Source of the DNA: Octopus vulgaris | Taxonomy: Eukaryota | Length of the DNA stretch: 64,000 bases | NCBI GenBank assembly: GCA_951406725.2 | Contig: OX597837.1 | Location: 4,030,001-4,094,000, forward strand | Direction of reading: 5' to 3' | Notes under the pieces: generated by a model | What the model was told of the DNA's origin: nothing | What the model saw: only the letters and a program-made list of their open reading frames with translations | Databases searched by the model: none | Shown here: piece by piece, positions 1 to 12,985 of the stretch | Layout: each line of letters starts with the position of its first letter | Numbering within the stretch: the stretch's first letter is position 1 | Position numbers and translations under genes: made by a program

Positions 1-156
1 GACCAGCTTTTTTGCATGAGTATCTGCTTGACAAATATCGTTCTTATGGTTAACTTTCTACATCAAATGTACCAACTTTGGATGAAGTAGATGTAGTCTA
101 AACTTCCATTCATCTGTCCACTTCTCTTTGAATGTGTATCGCGATTGCCACATGCT

Positions 157-176
157 TATACATATACATACATACA

Positions 177-243
<67 letters not shown>

Positions 244-307
244 ATGGATATACACATATATATGTACATATATATACATGTATATATATATGTGTGTGTG
301 TGTGTGT
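157..307. repeat. Compound microsatellite (TACA)n/(TA)n/(TG)n
   Basis: Directly visible; explains ORFs 58..471, 128..322 and 132..392. Confidence 0.95.
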
Positions 308-1269
308 AATATACAGAGATAGACAGAAAGAGATACATCTATATATTCAGACACAAAAACCCACGCACGCGCGCACACATATCCGTATGTAAATATGCAT
401 ACATCAGCACATGAACACCAACATGTATATATACATATATTCATTACAGAAACTACATATTTTATGTTCAAAATATTTCTACAGTTCCAATAAACTAATG
501 AAGGACAAAACTTTCAGTTTTTTTCTTGAAATTCTGTTGAAAAATCGCCAATTGTATTTCAATTAAAAATAGAAATAAAGACTGTTTCTAAACCCAAGGC
601 TAAAGTGTAAAATTTTGAAAATATTATTGAAAATTATTAGTTAAAACTAAAGACACCATGTCGCGTTTGCATCCTACTTAATTCAACCATCCTTTGATAA
701 AAATAAAAAATGTATTCATTAAAAATTAATTAATTTAAATTCCGGCGTCTTTGTGTCGCCATGTTAAACAGTCGACCAACTATGAGTGTGACATATAAAA
801 ATCTTATCAGAATCATTAAGTATTAAGGTTTAGTGTGTTGGCTTTCTTTCGTTCTCCGGAACGAATTAGAACAACAGGATACCAGTAATATATTGTGGGA
901 AGGTAATGTATATGGAGGCTGAGATCTCTTCCAAGAGCAATGTTTAACCATGTATTCCCACTCTTCTCAGTCATTGTCGGGTCGTCGGCGACTAAACCGG
1001 CTCCCCTTCTCGATTCAGATTCCTGGATCTTGTAGGATGGTGTGAGGGTACCCGTCAGAAGTCAAAACAAGATCTGTTCAAACAAGGGCACAGGAGCGCT
1101 GTCCTTGTCCCTCACCACACTAAATTAAGACCCCCAAAGGTGTATCAAGTGGACGAAGCTAGAAGTGATCAATTCGTGCCAAGTACATGAGTAATTGGAG
1201 CGAAAAATTTAAATTACAGAATGGGTTGATCATATCAAAAGCTTGGCATGGAATACCGACAATTTTATG

Positions 1270-2062
1270 CACGGCTACTAACATGCAGTTCAAGAACAAG
1301 AGATCTTCACCAAGTACCTATTGTATAAAAGGCAGAAACCATTGACAGAAACATATATAGGCTTTTTGGAAAACCGAGACCCTGTCAATTGCGAGACAAT
1401 GACACCCACATGTTAGCATTCCATGGGGGTAGATGCAGTCGCCAGTCTGGGACACGATAGCAAAAAAGGAAACACCTACAGGCCAAGTTCACTTTATGAG
1501 GTCGATGGGTCAAAAGAATATGGGTGGAAATTAGAATTTAATGCAGCCATCAAGTTAAAATATAACCAGTAAAATATTGTTGTGTTGAACCACAAGTAAA
1601 AGATAAGTTTTTCTTCAGAAAGGAGCTGCAATCTGCACCCTAGTGTGATTAGAAAAATACAAGAGAATGAGGACGTCAATGGACCATTGTTAAGGAGGTT
1701 GCAAGTTCAGTATCCATGATACATGTCCAGTTTGATACCTATTACTATTGGAACAATAGAACGCATACAAAGTATGGCTGAACTTGCGTTCTTGGGGAAA
1801 GAACGGAAATCCTTAATTCATGCACTACAAATGGTCCCAATATTTGGGACTATGGGAATCTGGAAGACTTTCTTAAGATTTAAAGGGCGATGAACAAAAC
1901 AAGGTGTTCTCTTTCAGAAAGTTGTTACCAAATTAGGTGGCGGGTCGACATTTACACTGAATTAAAAATAGGAAGGGAACATACATACATACATACTTAC
2001 ATGGCACGCTGATGCACCAAGTCAGTTTTACCAGATGAAGGTATAGGTAGCCACGAATAACA
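1270..2062 (+). pseudogene. Decayed 3' end of a non-LTR retrotransposon with restriction-like endonuclease (R4/NeSL-like)
   Basis: Manual translation gives GY*HAVQEQEIFTKYL (~1272-1320). It also gives KEYGWKLEFNAAIKLKYNQ*NIVVLNH...SC...RKIQENEDVNGPLLRRLQVQYP*...IPITIGT...IHALQMVPIFGTMGIWKTFLRF (~1507-1893), which matches the RLE C-terminal pattern (NRPDIVV..., K..Y, IPIIVGALG, ICKTF). It has several stops and is followed by (AAT)n. Confidence 0.7.
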
Positions 2063-2063
2063 A

Positions 2064-2115
<52 letters not shown>

Positions 2116-2445
2116 TGAAGAAGACGAAGAAGAAGAAGAAGAAGAAGAAGGAGAAGAAAAAGAAGAAGAAGAAGAAGATGATGATGATGAAGAAGAAAAG
2201 AAGAAGAAGAAGAAGAAGAAAAAGAAGAAGAAGAAGATGAAGAAGAAGATGAAGAAGAAGAAGAGGAAGAAAAGGAGAAGAAGTAAAGAGAAGAAGAAGA
2301 AGAAGAAGAAGAAGAAAAGGAGAAGAAGTAAAGAGAAGAAGAAGAAGAAGAAGAAGAAGAAGAAGAAGAAGAAGAAGAAGAAGAAGAAGAAGAAGAAGAA
2401 GAAGAAGAAGAAGAAGAAGAAGAAGAAGAAGAAGAAGAAGAAGAA
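2063..2445. repeat. (AAT)n followed by long (GAA)n triplet microsatellite
   Basis: Directly visible; source of the poly-K and poly-F ORFs. Confidence 0.95.
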
Positions 2446-2920
2446 GGAAACGAACAATATCAACAGCAATAAGAACAGCAAGATGATGAACAAGAGAACA
2501 CGAATGAAAAGAATGATCAGCAGTGAAAGACGAAGCGAATGGCTAAAAGTGCAAATGAAACCATTTCCAGGAGAAAAACAAGTTGCAAAGTTCGAAAATA
2601 GAATGGTTGCGTTAGTTTGATTGACAACTCGGCCAAGAAATTACGGAGGAGGGCAGAGTTTCTAGATTAATGAAAAGGAAATTCGTGTAACACCGTCGAT
2701 TCTATCGTCTATAATTTTAAGGAAAAAAATGGTAAATTTGATTCTGCAGTGTAACAAAAACAAAAGAATACCGTGGGAATATGTGTTCGTGATCGATACG
2801 GTTGTATTTTGAATTTGAGTATAGCATTATCTCTTAGGTGGCTATATTGTTATCAATCAATCAGTGTAGCGGTCGGCTTGTGAATTTCTTAGTTATCTAT
2901 TTGCTTGGAGAAAATGAATC

Positions 2921-3353
2921 GGATCTTTTCGGTTTGACCGGCAGTTTTTAAAAATAATTTCCACGTGACTAAACACTTTTAAACTTCGTATACTGGTAGA
3001 ATGTGTTTATAAAACATCATTTTCTCTTGGCTTTATTGGGAAAATTCTATGGTTTGTAAGAAATTCGTTGTTTTTTCTTCAATATCTGCAATTTCAACCA
3101 ATCACTGACGTCCATTGAGGTAAACAACATTCTGCGCCGTATGAATATGTCCCTCGTTTAAGAAACAGATTGGGTTTATTTACATTTGTGAAAAAAAAGA
3201 TACCCTTCCTCCACCCCTAACCCTAAATAACCCTAAATAACCCTAACGGCAAAATAGATTGAAATGCAATAGATCGATACTAGGGTCATTATTATGGGTG
3301 ACAATTTCATATGACACCGCTAGAAAAAACTGCTGTTCAAACCGAAAAGATCC
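2921..3353 (+). mobile_element. MITE copy 1 (GG-terminated TIRs, internal CCCTAA repeats; Merlin-like)
   Basis: ~28-bp TIRs GGATCTTTTCGGTTTGAcCGGCAGTTTT ... AAAACTGCtGTTCAAACCGAAAAGATCC. Body is homologous to the copies at 27494, 32194 and 38223. No clean TSD on this copy. Confidence 0.85.
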
Positions 3354-3770
3354 GCAAAATTAATTACGCAAGTACAAAGCAATAAGATCTGTAATCTCAT
3401 GAGAGATTATTAGAACCCTTGCAGACACCAAAAGCGAGGTTATGCCCTTACGTGATCCCAAATGAACTGTCGAAGTTTACTACAATCGTTTTGACCTGTA
3501 AAGTAATAACAATGTCAAGCATACCGCCAGTTAAGAAGGTGACGAAATCAATAACTTTATTGAGCAAATGGGAGGCGTTAGAATCATATTAGTTAGATAT
3601 ATCAAACCGCAGAACGGAGAATTAATTAAACTAATTTATCACGTAATAAATTTTTTTGTAAGATCTAATTAGTTTATGTCTAAGCTTTATCTAAAAGGTT
3701 GTAAGTACGCTTGGCATAGTGATTTTGGGTGTAGCGGTCACGATCGCAAGACCGTACTTTCGATTCGCGG

Positions 3771-4281
3771 ACCAAGTCCGGGCAAGGTAGTTTATGGAAG
3801 ACCAGCAGTCACTCATGTATACCTATTTCTTTATTACCCACAAGGGCTAAACACAGAGGGGACAAACAAGGACAGACATAGGTATTAAGTCGATTACATC
3901 GACCCCAGTGCGTAACTGGTACTTAATTTATCGACCCCGAAAGGATGAAAGGCAAAGTCGACCTCGGCGGAATTTGAACTCACAACGTAACGCAGACGAA
4001 ATACCGCTAAGCATTTCGCCCAGCGTGCTAACGTTTCTGCCAGCTCGCCGCCTCATGTATACCGGCCACCCCTCTCCACGCCACCAGTGTTATCCAAGGG
4101 AAAGGCAAAGGGGGGATACAGCTTGGCACCTGTGACGTCGCAGCTCCTTTCTACAGCTGAGTGAACTGTAGCAACGTGAAATAAAGTGTCTTGCTCAAGA
4201 ACACAACACGCAGCCCGGTCCGAGCTCACTGACTCACGACCGTAAGCTCGACGCTCTAACCACTGAGCCATGCGACTTCAC
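3771..4281 (-). mobile_element. tRNA-derived SINE interrupted by a nested SINE of family A
   Basis: Minus-strand head gtcgcatggctcagtggttagagcg (A box) at ~4281-4250, followed by body ttgagcaagacactttatttcacgttgct. The tail is split by the insertion at 3824-4052. Confidence 0.75.
3824..4052 (-). mobile_element. SINE family A with 11-12 bp TSD
   Basis: Reverse complement of the ggcggcgagctggcagaa...gagttcaaattccgccgaggtcgactttgcctttcatcctttcggggtcgataaattaagtaccag element. Flanked by the direct repeat tcatgtatacc (3813-3823 and 4053-4063). Confidence 0.9.
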
Positions 4282-4610
4282 GTTTCCGAAATATTTAACA
4301 AAATATCGTTTAAATCTATTTTATTTCACACCTGCTTACCATAATTCTTCTCGTAAATCAGAATTGCACAAATTCATAAGGTTGCTTTCTACAAATTTAA
4401 TTGCATGTTTAAAAATATTTTATATAAAATGCAATTAAAATATCTGAGTAGACTTTGTTCTGTGACTAAGAAGCTCATTTTGCAGCTATGTAGTTTTGAG
4501 TTCAGTCCCACTGTGTTACACTTTGGGTAAAAGCCTTCTATTATAACCCCGGAACTGACTGATCCATCAACACCGAATTTAGTAAAGGGGAAACTTTGTG
4601 GAATGGAAAA

Positions 4611-4765
4611 GAATTGAAAAGTCCTTTACCTCTCGAGTCTCCGCTCTTCGATAGTGGAGACTCGAGACGCAAAGGACTTTTCCATTCTTCCCGATAATTA
4701 AACTGATACACAGGCTTGTTATTCCTACACCTTCCTTCGTCTTATTTTCGGTAAATTTTAACTAT
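4611..4765 (-). mobile_element. Family D repeat variant with an internal inverted duplication
   Basis: gaaaagtcctttacctctcgagtctcc / ggagactcgagacgcaaaggacttttc hairpin, followed by a diverged reverse complement of the family D 5' part and then (TA)n. Confidence 0.6.
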
Positions 4766-4853
4766 ATATATATATTTGTGTGTGTGTTTTTATATATATA
4801 TATATATTTATATATATATTTGTGTGTGTGTGTGTATATATGTATATATCTAC

Positions 4854-4970
<117 letters not shown>

Positions 4971-6485
4971 TAGATATGTATATATGTATGTATGTATATA
5001 TATATATATATATGTGTGCGTGTGTGTGTGTGTGTTTATGGGCATATCTTTTTCTTCGTAACCCAGCGCACCTTGACAACTGGCGTTCTTCTGTTTATAT
5101 CACCGTAGCCTACTCATTTTTTAAAAAAATAGACCGTTAGAATAAATACCAGTTTTTAAAAATCACCTTAGATATGAGGTGGGGAAACGACTTGTCGGAA
5201 TAAAACCTTTCAAGATGTTTCCCAGAGCATAACACTCAGTCACAAGAAAATTTATACAGGGTTTACCACCAATGATATTAAGAACCCTCCCTCTCCATAA
5301 GTACTATTTTCGGAACAATGAGAGAAGAAATACTTCTTTGCTCAACTATATTTGGAATTTGAAAGAAGTGCAGATGCTCTCTAAAATTTAAGTTTTGAAC
5401 ATTCTAATAAAATATTGATGGCACATTGGAAATCGAAAATCTTCTAGCTAAGGCGTTTGAAATTCTTTACATTGAGGTTTGATAAATAAAATCTGAGACA
5501 ATTATTTCGAGCAATCACAAGATTGTAATTCATGTATTGGAAACCATTTAAGTACTTTGTTTATAGCTATCTCCTTCATTAGAAATGAAATCACAGATTT
5601 CTCCAACCGAAATTTGTGTAGCTCCGTTTCGAAACTGAATCGCAAGGTAACCGAGGAGATATCATCATCAAACCATAGTAGTTTCACATGATCAGTCCAT
5701 TAAAAACGAAAATTGGTTTCAAGAAATCACGCGAATCGGTTTTCTAGATTTTTCCTCACTCTACCCTATATAAAGGTGGTTTTTTGATGGTCATTGCAGA
5801 ATATTGAAACAGCTGTAAGTCGTCACCTGTCTTATCACCACATCAAACCGATAAATGCAGATGGCACTCAGATTGTAACGCTGTTATTTTCTAGTTCTCA
5901 TAGGCCAGTCACAAATCGCTAAATCAGTTAGCTTGTCGTAAATACCGAACTTGTCGTCTCTCACAGTAATTAGCTGTTAGTATTCGTTAAAGATCAACAC
6001 AGAAAACAAACACTACGTGCAATTATAAAATCTTCTGTTACTTGTTAATTAATTCTTTACAGCGCCCACGAGATACACTGTCATTAACTAATACAAACGC
6101 AGCAATAGCACCACCTGCTACGACTACCTCGACGGCAACCACTCTCTCCTCGACAAATGCTTATTGCATTTATTGTAAACAATTCTAATTTTCTCGTATC
6201 TACTATTACAATTAATGTTAAACGATCACATTCAACTACTAATTAATTTCTGGAGAAGTGTATGTCTCTTTTCGTCGTATTTTAATTTCACGAATATGTA
6301 ATTATTATTGACTTTGAACACTAGCCTAAGATAGAAGTAATTATTTTCGGCTAATTTTGTAAAGCGAACTATATCCCCCCACCTCTTGATATCAGTGTAT
6401 CGACTCTTAATCTGCATCTCTACATTACTTGTGAGGTTGAACACATACAGGTTGTCTTATATAATGGTATACTATGTAGATATAA

Positions 6486-6720
6486 GGCGGCGAGCTGGCA
6501 GAATGGTTAGCACACAGGGCGAAATGCTTAGCGGTATTTCCTCTGCCGCTACGTTCTGAGTTCAAATTCCGCCGAGGCCGACTTTGCCTTTCATCCTTTC
6601 GGGGTCGATAAATTAAGCACCAGTTACGCACTGGGGTCGATGTAATCGACTTAACCCTTTGTCTGTCCTTGTTTGTCCCCTCTATGTTTAGCCTCTTGTG
6701 GGCAACGTAAAGAAATAAGA
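6486..6720 (+). mobile_element. SINE family A
   Basis: A-box-like agctggcagaatgg, B box gagttcaaattcc, conserved core gcctttcatcctttcggggtcgataaattaag, tail ...aaagaaata. Near-identical to 3824-4052. Confidence 0.9.
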
Positions 6721-6747
6721 AACGTCTTTTGTTTTTTTCGTAAACTC

Positions 6748-6951
<204 letters not shown>

Positions 6952-7678
6952 CCATATTCGTGTTTTTCTGATATATCTTTAAATGCAACCTCAGTTGTTA
7001 TGTCTTTACAAGACAAATAATTTTACGAATAATCCTCATAATTTCTTCAAAGTTTCTGGAATAAGCTAGTTGGTTTATATAATTTCATCGTAAATTTTCT
7101 TATATTAATATCTTTTCGCCGAATACGGAATCATATAATTTTAGCTTCGTCCTACGAATATAATTCTTCTATTCTCAGCCTCTCATGATATCTACCGAAA
7201 GTTATTTGTATCTCTTGACTATTCCAATAATAATACTTCTATAAATTTTTTTTATTATCTAATACCGCGTTATAATTTATTCGCTGCTTAATTTATATCA
7301 TAAACAATCTTTATTCTCTTCGTGTTAATTTGATTTGAAATCTAATTAGAAATATATATATTTTATTATCTCGTAGAAACTCCTGCTTATCTACAGTATA
7401 TATTTAGGTAGTACGACACATCAGATAACGCATCGGTGTCGCAGTGTTTCAACGTAGCTCGATTTAATCAACTTAGAACTTATGGAATCCCAGTGGTGTT
7501 CTAAATGGTTTCTACTTGTGTTCGTCTTCATGTTTCCTGGTATTTGTTTTTTCCAATCAGTCTTTTATATCCTTTTCTTTCGTTCGTAATTTTGTTACCT
7601 GTATCTAAATCAAACTGACGCACTGCTTCGTATTTCAAAGTTCTCCACTTGTTTCTCATTTAATCGCGGTCAGTACCC

Positions 7679-7734
<56 letters not shown>

Positions 7735-7735
7735 T

Positions 7736-8094
7736 GGAGGCGCAATGGCCCAGTGGTTAGGGCAGCGGACTCGCGGTCGTAGGATTGCGGTTTCGATTCC
7801 CAGACCGGGCGTTGTGAGTGCTTATATTGGGCGAAAACACCTAGAGCCCCACGAGCCTCCGGCAGGGGATGGTGGTGATCCCTGCTGTACTCTTTCACCA
7901 CAACTTTCTCTCACTCTTACTTCCTGTTTCTGTTGTACCTTGTCACTCTCTGTGTCACGCTGAATATCCCCGAGAACTACGTTAAGGGTACACGTGTCTG
8001 TGGAGTGCTCAGCCACTTACACGTTAATTTCACGAGCAGGCTGTTCCGTTGATCGGATCAACCGGAACCCTCATCGTCGTAACCGACGGAGTGC
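7736..8094 (+). mobile_element. tRNA(Arg)-like SINE family B, tail type 1
   Basis: Head ggcgcaatggcccagtggttagggcagcggacTCGcggtcgtagg...ggtttcgattcc with A box, TCG in the anticodon-like position and B box. Tail ends gtcgtaaccgacggagtgc. Confidence 0.88.
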
Positions 8095-8100
8095 TTCAGA

Positions 8101-8132
<32 letters not shown>

Positions 8133-8163
8133 CGTGTGTGTGTGTGTGTGTGCGTGTGTGTGT

Positions 8164-8458
8164 GGAAGCGCAATGGCCCAGTAGTTAGGGTGGCGGACTC
8201 GCGGTCGTAGGATCGCTGTTTGTGAGTGTTTATTGAGCGAAAACACCTAAAGCTCCACGAGGCTCTGGCAGGGGGAAGAGGGGGGCGATCCCTGCTGTAC
8301 TCTTTCACCACAACTGTCTCTCACTCTTTCTTCTGTTGGCCTGCTTGCTTAGCCAGCGGGGTGGCGTCATTTGAAGGCTAAAACGATGCGAAGCGCATTG
8401 TGACCAGCGATGTGTAGCAACATCTGATAGCCTGGTCGGTCATGGTGATCACGATGAT
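8164..8458 (+). mobile_element. SINE family B, tail type 2
   Basis: Same head with the B box deleted. Different tail ggggtggcgtcatttgaaggctaaaac...ggtcggtcatggtgatcacg, shared with 56341-56632. Confidence 0.85.
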
Positions 8459-8459
8459 G

Positions 8460-8501
<42 letters not shown>

Positions 8502-8669
8502 TATATATATTAGCCTTCTTCGTTTCTCTCTCTCTCTTTGCACATATATCTATGCGTGTGTGTGTGTGTGTGTGTGTAAGTGCTATAAAAGGTTATCCGT
8601 TAGGTTTCAAGTTCACAGCAGAGGCTGAAGATTTGATCTGTAGTAAACATTCGAGTTTGTTTGTTCCTT

Positions 8670-8949
8670 CTCAGCCATGCCTGGACATCAAAGGCCAGTT
8701 TCCCGTTTTCCTTGGCGTATAGGTTCCCCACCTGGACGAGACGCCGGTCTGTCGCAGGTGAGCTGCAAGATGCAGTAGGAAAGAAAGCTGTGGCGAAAGA
8801 ATCAGCAAAAGTTCGCCATTACCTTCTGCCAGAGCTGCGTAGACCTTATATGTTTCGCTCAAAAACACACATCACCTGGTCTGAGATTCGAACCCGCGAT
8901 CCCTCGAACGCGAGTCCGCTGCTCTAACCACTAGGCCATGTGCCTCCAG
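8670..8949 (-). mobile_element. SINE family B-related, tail type 3
   Basis: Reverse head tggaggcacatggcctagtggttagagcagcggactcgcg...gggttcgaatctc, with a third distinct tail. Confidence 0.8.
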
Positions 8950-9900
8950 AGACTTTCGAGTTACATGGTATATATTGAGGTAATATTATAACAAAACCAA
9001 GGCAGGACGAGTTCCTCAAGACATTTAGAATATCTAATTAAAGTAGCGTGAATTGGGAGTAATTAATTAATTAGTTAATTAATGAATAAATTATCTAATT
9101 ATTGGATGACGTACAGCTGTTTCTAGGTTATCAATATGAAAGCAACATTCGAAATACTGTCAAAATTTTAAGATGCTTCAATATGAAAGTAACGTGACAT
9201 ATTCGATGACATAACCTCTCAAATCCAGGTGTGCTTCAGGTCTATTTGAAGACACGTCGTTGAAAAGGTCGCAAATAGCGAGGAGTTTGACGAAGATAAC
9301 TGATTGTTTGATCAACCGAATGATTAATCAAACTATCGTTTAATTAGTTGGTTAAATGGGAACCTGATTACCAAATGCTAAAAACTCCAATGGAACCTCT
9401 GCATGTATGCGCCTGTTTATTGGCGCTTTAATGACCTTCCTGAGATGCAATAAAATATGTTTCAACACAAGAGTTCACAACACGAATCTTGCATACCAAA
9501 TACAATGACGAAACTCACATTTCCATCAGCAACCAAGTTTTTCGTCGACCATGCACGTTTTCAGGGGATGCCGAAAGAAAAAGCAAATTCTCTTTGTGCA
9601 CTGACCATCGAAAAGCAACCGAGGCGGGAAAAATAGACCGAAACTAAGGGCGTTATCCAACCGATGTTTACCGTCTGTGAAAAAAATGACTACTATAAAA
9701 TGCTCGACGGTGTATTAAATCATAGAATTATTATCCAGGCGAACTGCAATGTTCATTTAAAAAAACTTGAGTCTGTTGTGCGTGTGAAAAGACGTCCAAG
9801 TAACATAGTAATTGAAGTCTAGTGCAGAAAAGTTCAAAGAGAGACAAGTTAATAAAGTTCGTGTATGGTTTAACGAAATACTGAACAGAGTTCCAACAAT

Positions 9901-9902
<2 letters not shown>

Positions 9903-9937
<35 letters not shown>

Positions 9938-10214
9938 TATATACATATATATACATACATATATATACATATATACATACATATATATATATACATATAT
10001 ACATATATATATATACATATATACACATACATATATACATATATATACATATGTATATATATACATGTATATAAACACATATATATACATATATATACAT
10101 ATATATATATATACACATATATATATATATATACATATATATACATATATATATGTATATATAGGTATATATATACATATATATACATATATATATGTAT
10201 ATATATGTATGTAT

Positions 10215-10262
<48 letters not shown>

Positions 10263-10330
10263 CATACATACATATATATTATATATATATATACATACAT
10301 ATATATATATATATATACATATATATATGT
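9903..10330. repeat. (TA)n/(TACA)n compound microsatellite
   Basis: Directly visible. Confidence 0.95.
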
Positions 10331-10976
10331 TTAGTCGTTACGCATACATTTATCACATACCGGTTGGTTGTTTACCCCCGAAGTGCTTTGAAGAAACACA
10401 TTTATATATTTTAGTCGTAAATTCAATTATAGATCTATACAGTACACCCAAGCAAACTAATCTCTCCATAAATGAAACTTCTTTTCCTAAATCTATTTTC
10501 TCTTCAGTATGACACTAATTTCTTGATAGACCAGTTGTAGAAATGACTGGAGCGTAAGAGCAACTGTTAATAATTCTTAGTGTTCATGTGGTTGTTGCTG
10601 TTCTTAAGCCTCAGGTCAATTACTATCGAACAGAAGTGTAATCAGAAGTGTTATAACCTTGAGAATTCAATTGTTATTTTTTTCTTTTTCTTCAACAAGA
10701 AATATTATTGGAATGTCAGAAACAAAAATTCGTTCAGTGCTGATTTTTTTTTGTTCTTTATATGCTTCGAAAGAGGTACTATTTATTTAAATTTAAAGAG
10801 CGATGAAAGAAATGTTGTAGAGGAAGTATAGGGTTATGTAAAAAATATAGAACACTATGATAATACTTTACACATTAATTTAAATAACATGAGAAAGGGT
10901 CAAAATAGGTGAGGAAACACGTGAATTTATCTGACAGATCAATACACATAGACACAAACATATGCACACAACACAC

Positions 10977-11007
<31 letters not shown>

Positions 11008-11010
11008 CTA

Positions 11011-12157
11011 AACAAATTAGAGAATGGAGAAACATACTTAAATCAGTAAAACATCAACTATCCGATGATACTCAATCCATACTTTAATACACCATTACAT
11101 ATGAGTAAAGGCAATATATAAAATGAAATGAGATATACAGTAATAGTAAAAGTAAAAAGATAAAGAGATATAAGTAAAAAATTTCACATAATATGCAAAT
11201 AAATCAAAACTGACAGCTGTTTCGGCAGTGAGGACAGTCATACCTCATTTAACCTATAAGCCATAAAGGCAGGTATAAATGAGGCATTAACAAGGATGCC
11301 CCACGGCCTCTTCAGAGAATTAAATTAAATTTGTTATAATAGTGAAAAATATTATATAATCATATACATATAAATATAAAAATATAAAAATGTAAAATAT
11401 ACTTATATATGCTATACTTATATATATCCCCACATTTGTACAAAAAGGAAGGTAAACAGAACAATATAAAATAAATGTATAACAATTATAACAATAATAT
11501 TAATAAGTACCGTTGTTATACATATTTGGCTAATAATTATTTCTATAAAAAAAGATTAACACATATGGAGATGAAAAATAATAATTATTAATAATTATTT
11601 TTCATCTCCATATGTGTTAGCCCTTTTTTTATGATAATTATTAATAATATGTATGATATCGGTACTTATTAATATTAATATATACACTGTTATACATTTT
11701 GTTTTATATTGTTCTGTTTACCTTCCTTTTTGTACAGGTATTGTGTATTATATTATATAAGTGTAACATTATGATGTATAAGATTATATTTTACATTTTT
11801 ATATTTTTATATTTATATGTATATGATTATATAATATTTTTCACTATTATAACAAATTTAATTTAATTCTGAAGAAGTGTCCGTGGGGCATCATGATAAT
11901 GCCTCATTTATACCTGCCTTTATGGCTTATAGGATAAATGAGGTATGACTGTCCTCACTGCCAGCAGTAGTTTTGATTTATTTGCATATTATATGTGAAA
12001 TTTTTTACTTATATCTCTTTATCTTTTTACTTACAATTTATATCTCATTTCATTTTATATATTTTTACTTCTATGTAATGGTGTATTATGAGTATAGTAT
12101 CATCGGATAGTTGATGTTTTACTGATTTAAGTATGTTTCTCCATTCTCTAATTTTGT
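11011..12157. repeat. ~1.15-kb imperfect palindrome (fold-back) of a Penelope-like segment
   Basis: aaattagagaatggagaaacatacttaaatcagtaaaacatcaactatccgatg (from 11014) is the reverse complement of 12101-12153. Centre near 11590 (acatatggagatgaaaaataat...attatttttcatctccatatgt). Confidence 0.92.
11205..11320 (-). ncRNA. Minimal type I hammerhead ribozyme motif with extended stem II
   Basis: Minus strand reads CTGAAGA-GGC...long hairpin...GCC-GAAA-C-AGCT-G-TC. The core is intact with a GUC cleavage triplet; stem I pairing is weak. Confidence 0.7.
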
Positions 12158-12323
12158 AATATTAATTTACATAATATTATTACCTTTACCCATTTAATAC
12201 AATGGATGAACTGATTGCTTGACAATTTTTAACATCTAATATTATTTTGTTGTTGTACCTATCTAGCAGTATATTGGATATATATTATCCCATGGTGGGT
12301 TGAATTTTCAACCCCTATCTCAT

Positions 12324-12404
<81 letters not shown>

Positions 12405-12424
12405 GTGACCTCGTGAGACACCGC

Positions 12425-12604
12425 CAGCAATTTTTTTCCTCTGTCTTCCCTTCTCGGGATCTTTCCTTCTCCTTTGTTTCCGACGAAGAGCTCGAAACGT
12501 TAGGCCCTCCTTCCCTACTTTCCTGAGCGTCCAATAATACTTTATTTGTTCCACGTCCTCGCGTTGCTGTGTTTTTTTTTTGTGTTTTCTTATTTGGATT
12601 AACT

Positions 12605-12605
<1 letters not shown>
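12425..12605 (-). mobile_element. Family D-related repeat with hammerhead-like core on + strand (CCGACGA-AGAG-CTC-GAAACGT)
   Basis: Shares ttcctgagcg...aatac...tttgt and ctcgaaacgt with family D; flanked by (TA)n. Confidence 0.65.
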
Positions 12606-12663
<58 letters not shown>

Positions 12664-12664
12664 G

Positions 12665-12724
<60 letters not shown>

Positions 12725-12886
12725 CGAAGAACAGATATAAAAGCTGCAAAAATATATATATGAACAATATATATCTTATATCACCCCACATTATTTTATG
12801 GTTAATACCATAAAGATTTCTGGTGCATCTAAGGTAAGTACCACATTCGAATTCATTGGAACTCACTGAATCTTATTGTTTTTAAC

Positions 12887-12924
<38 letters not shown>

Positions 12925-12925
12925 A

Positions 12926-12985
<60 letters not shown>

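Noticed and set aside
7736-7810. Possible tRNA-Arg(TCG) gene
   Set aside because: There is no acceptor stem or terminator, and it continues into a multi-copy SINE body, with a TSD on one copy.
9360-9740. Possible decayed Penelope RT or GIY-YIG coding fragment or host exon
   Set aside because: Manual translation gave only vague similarity with stops; unsupported without a tblastx search.
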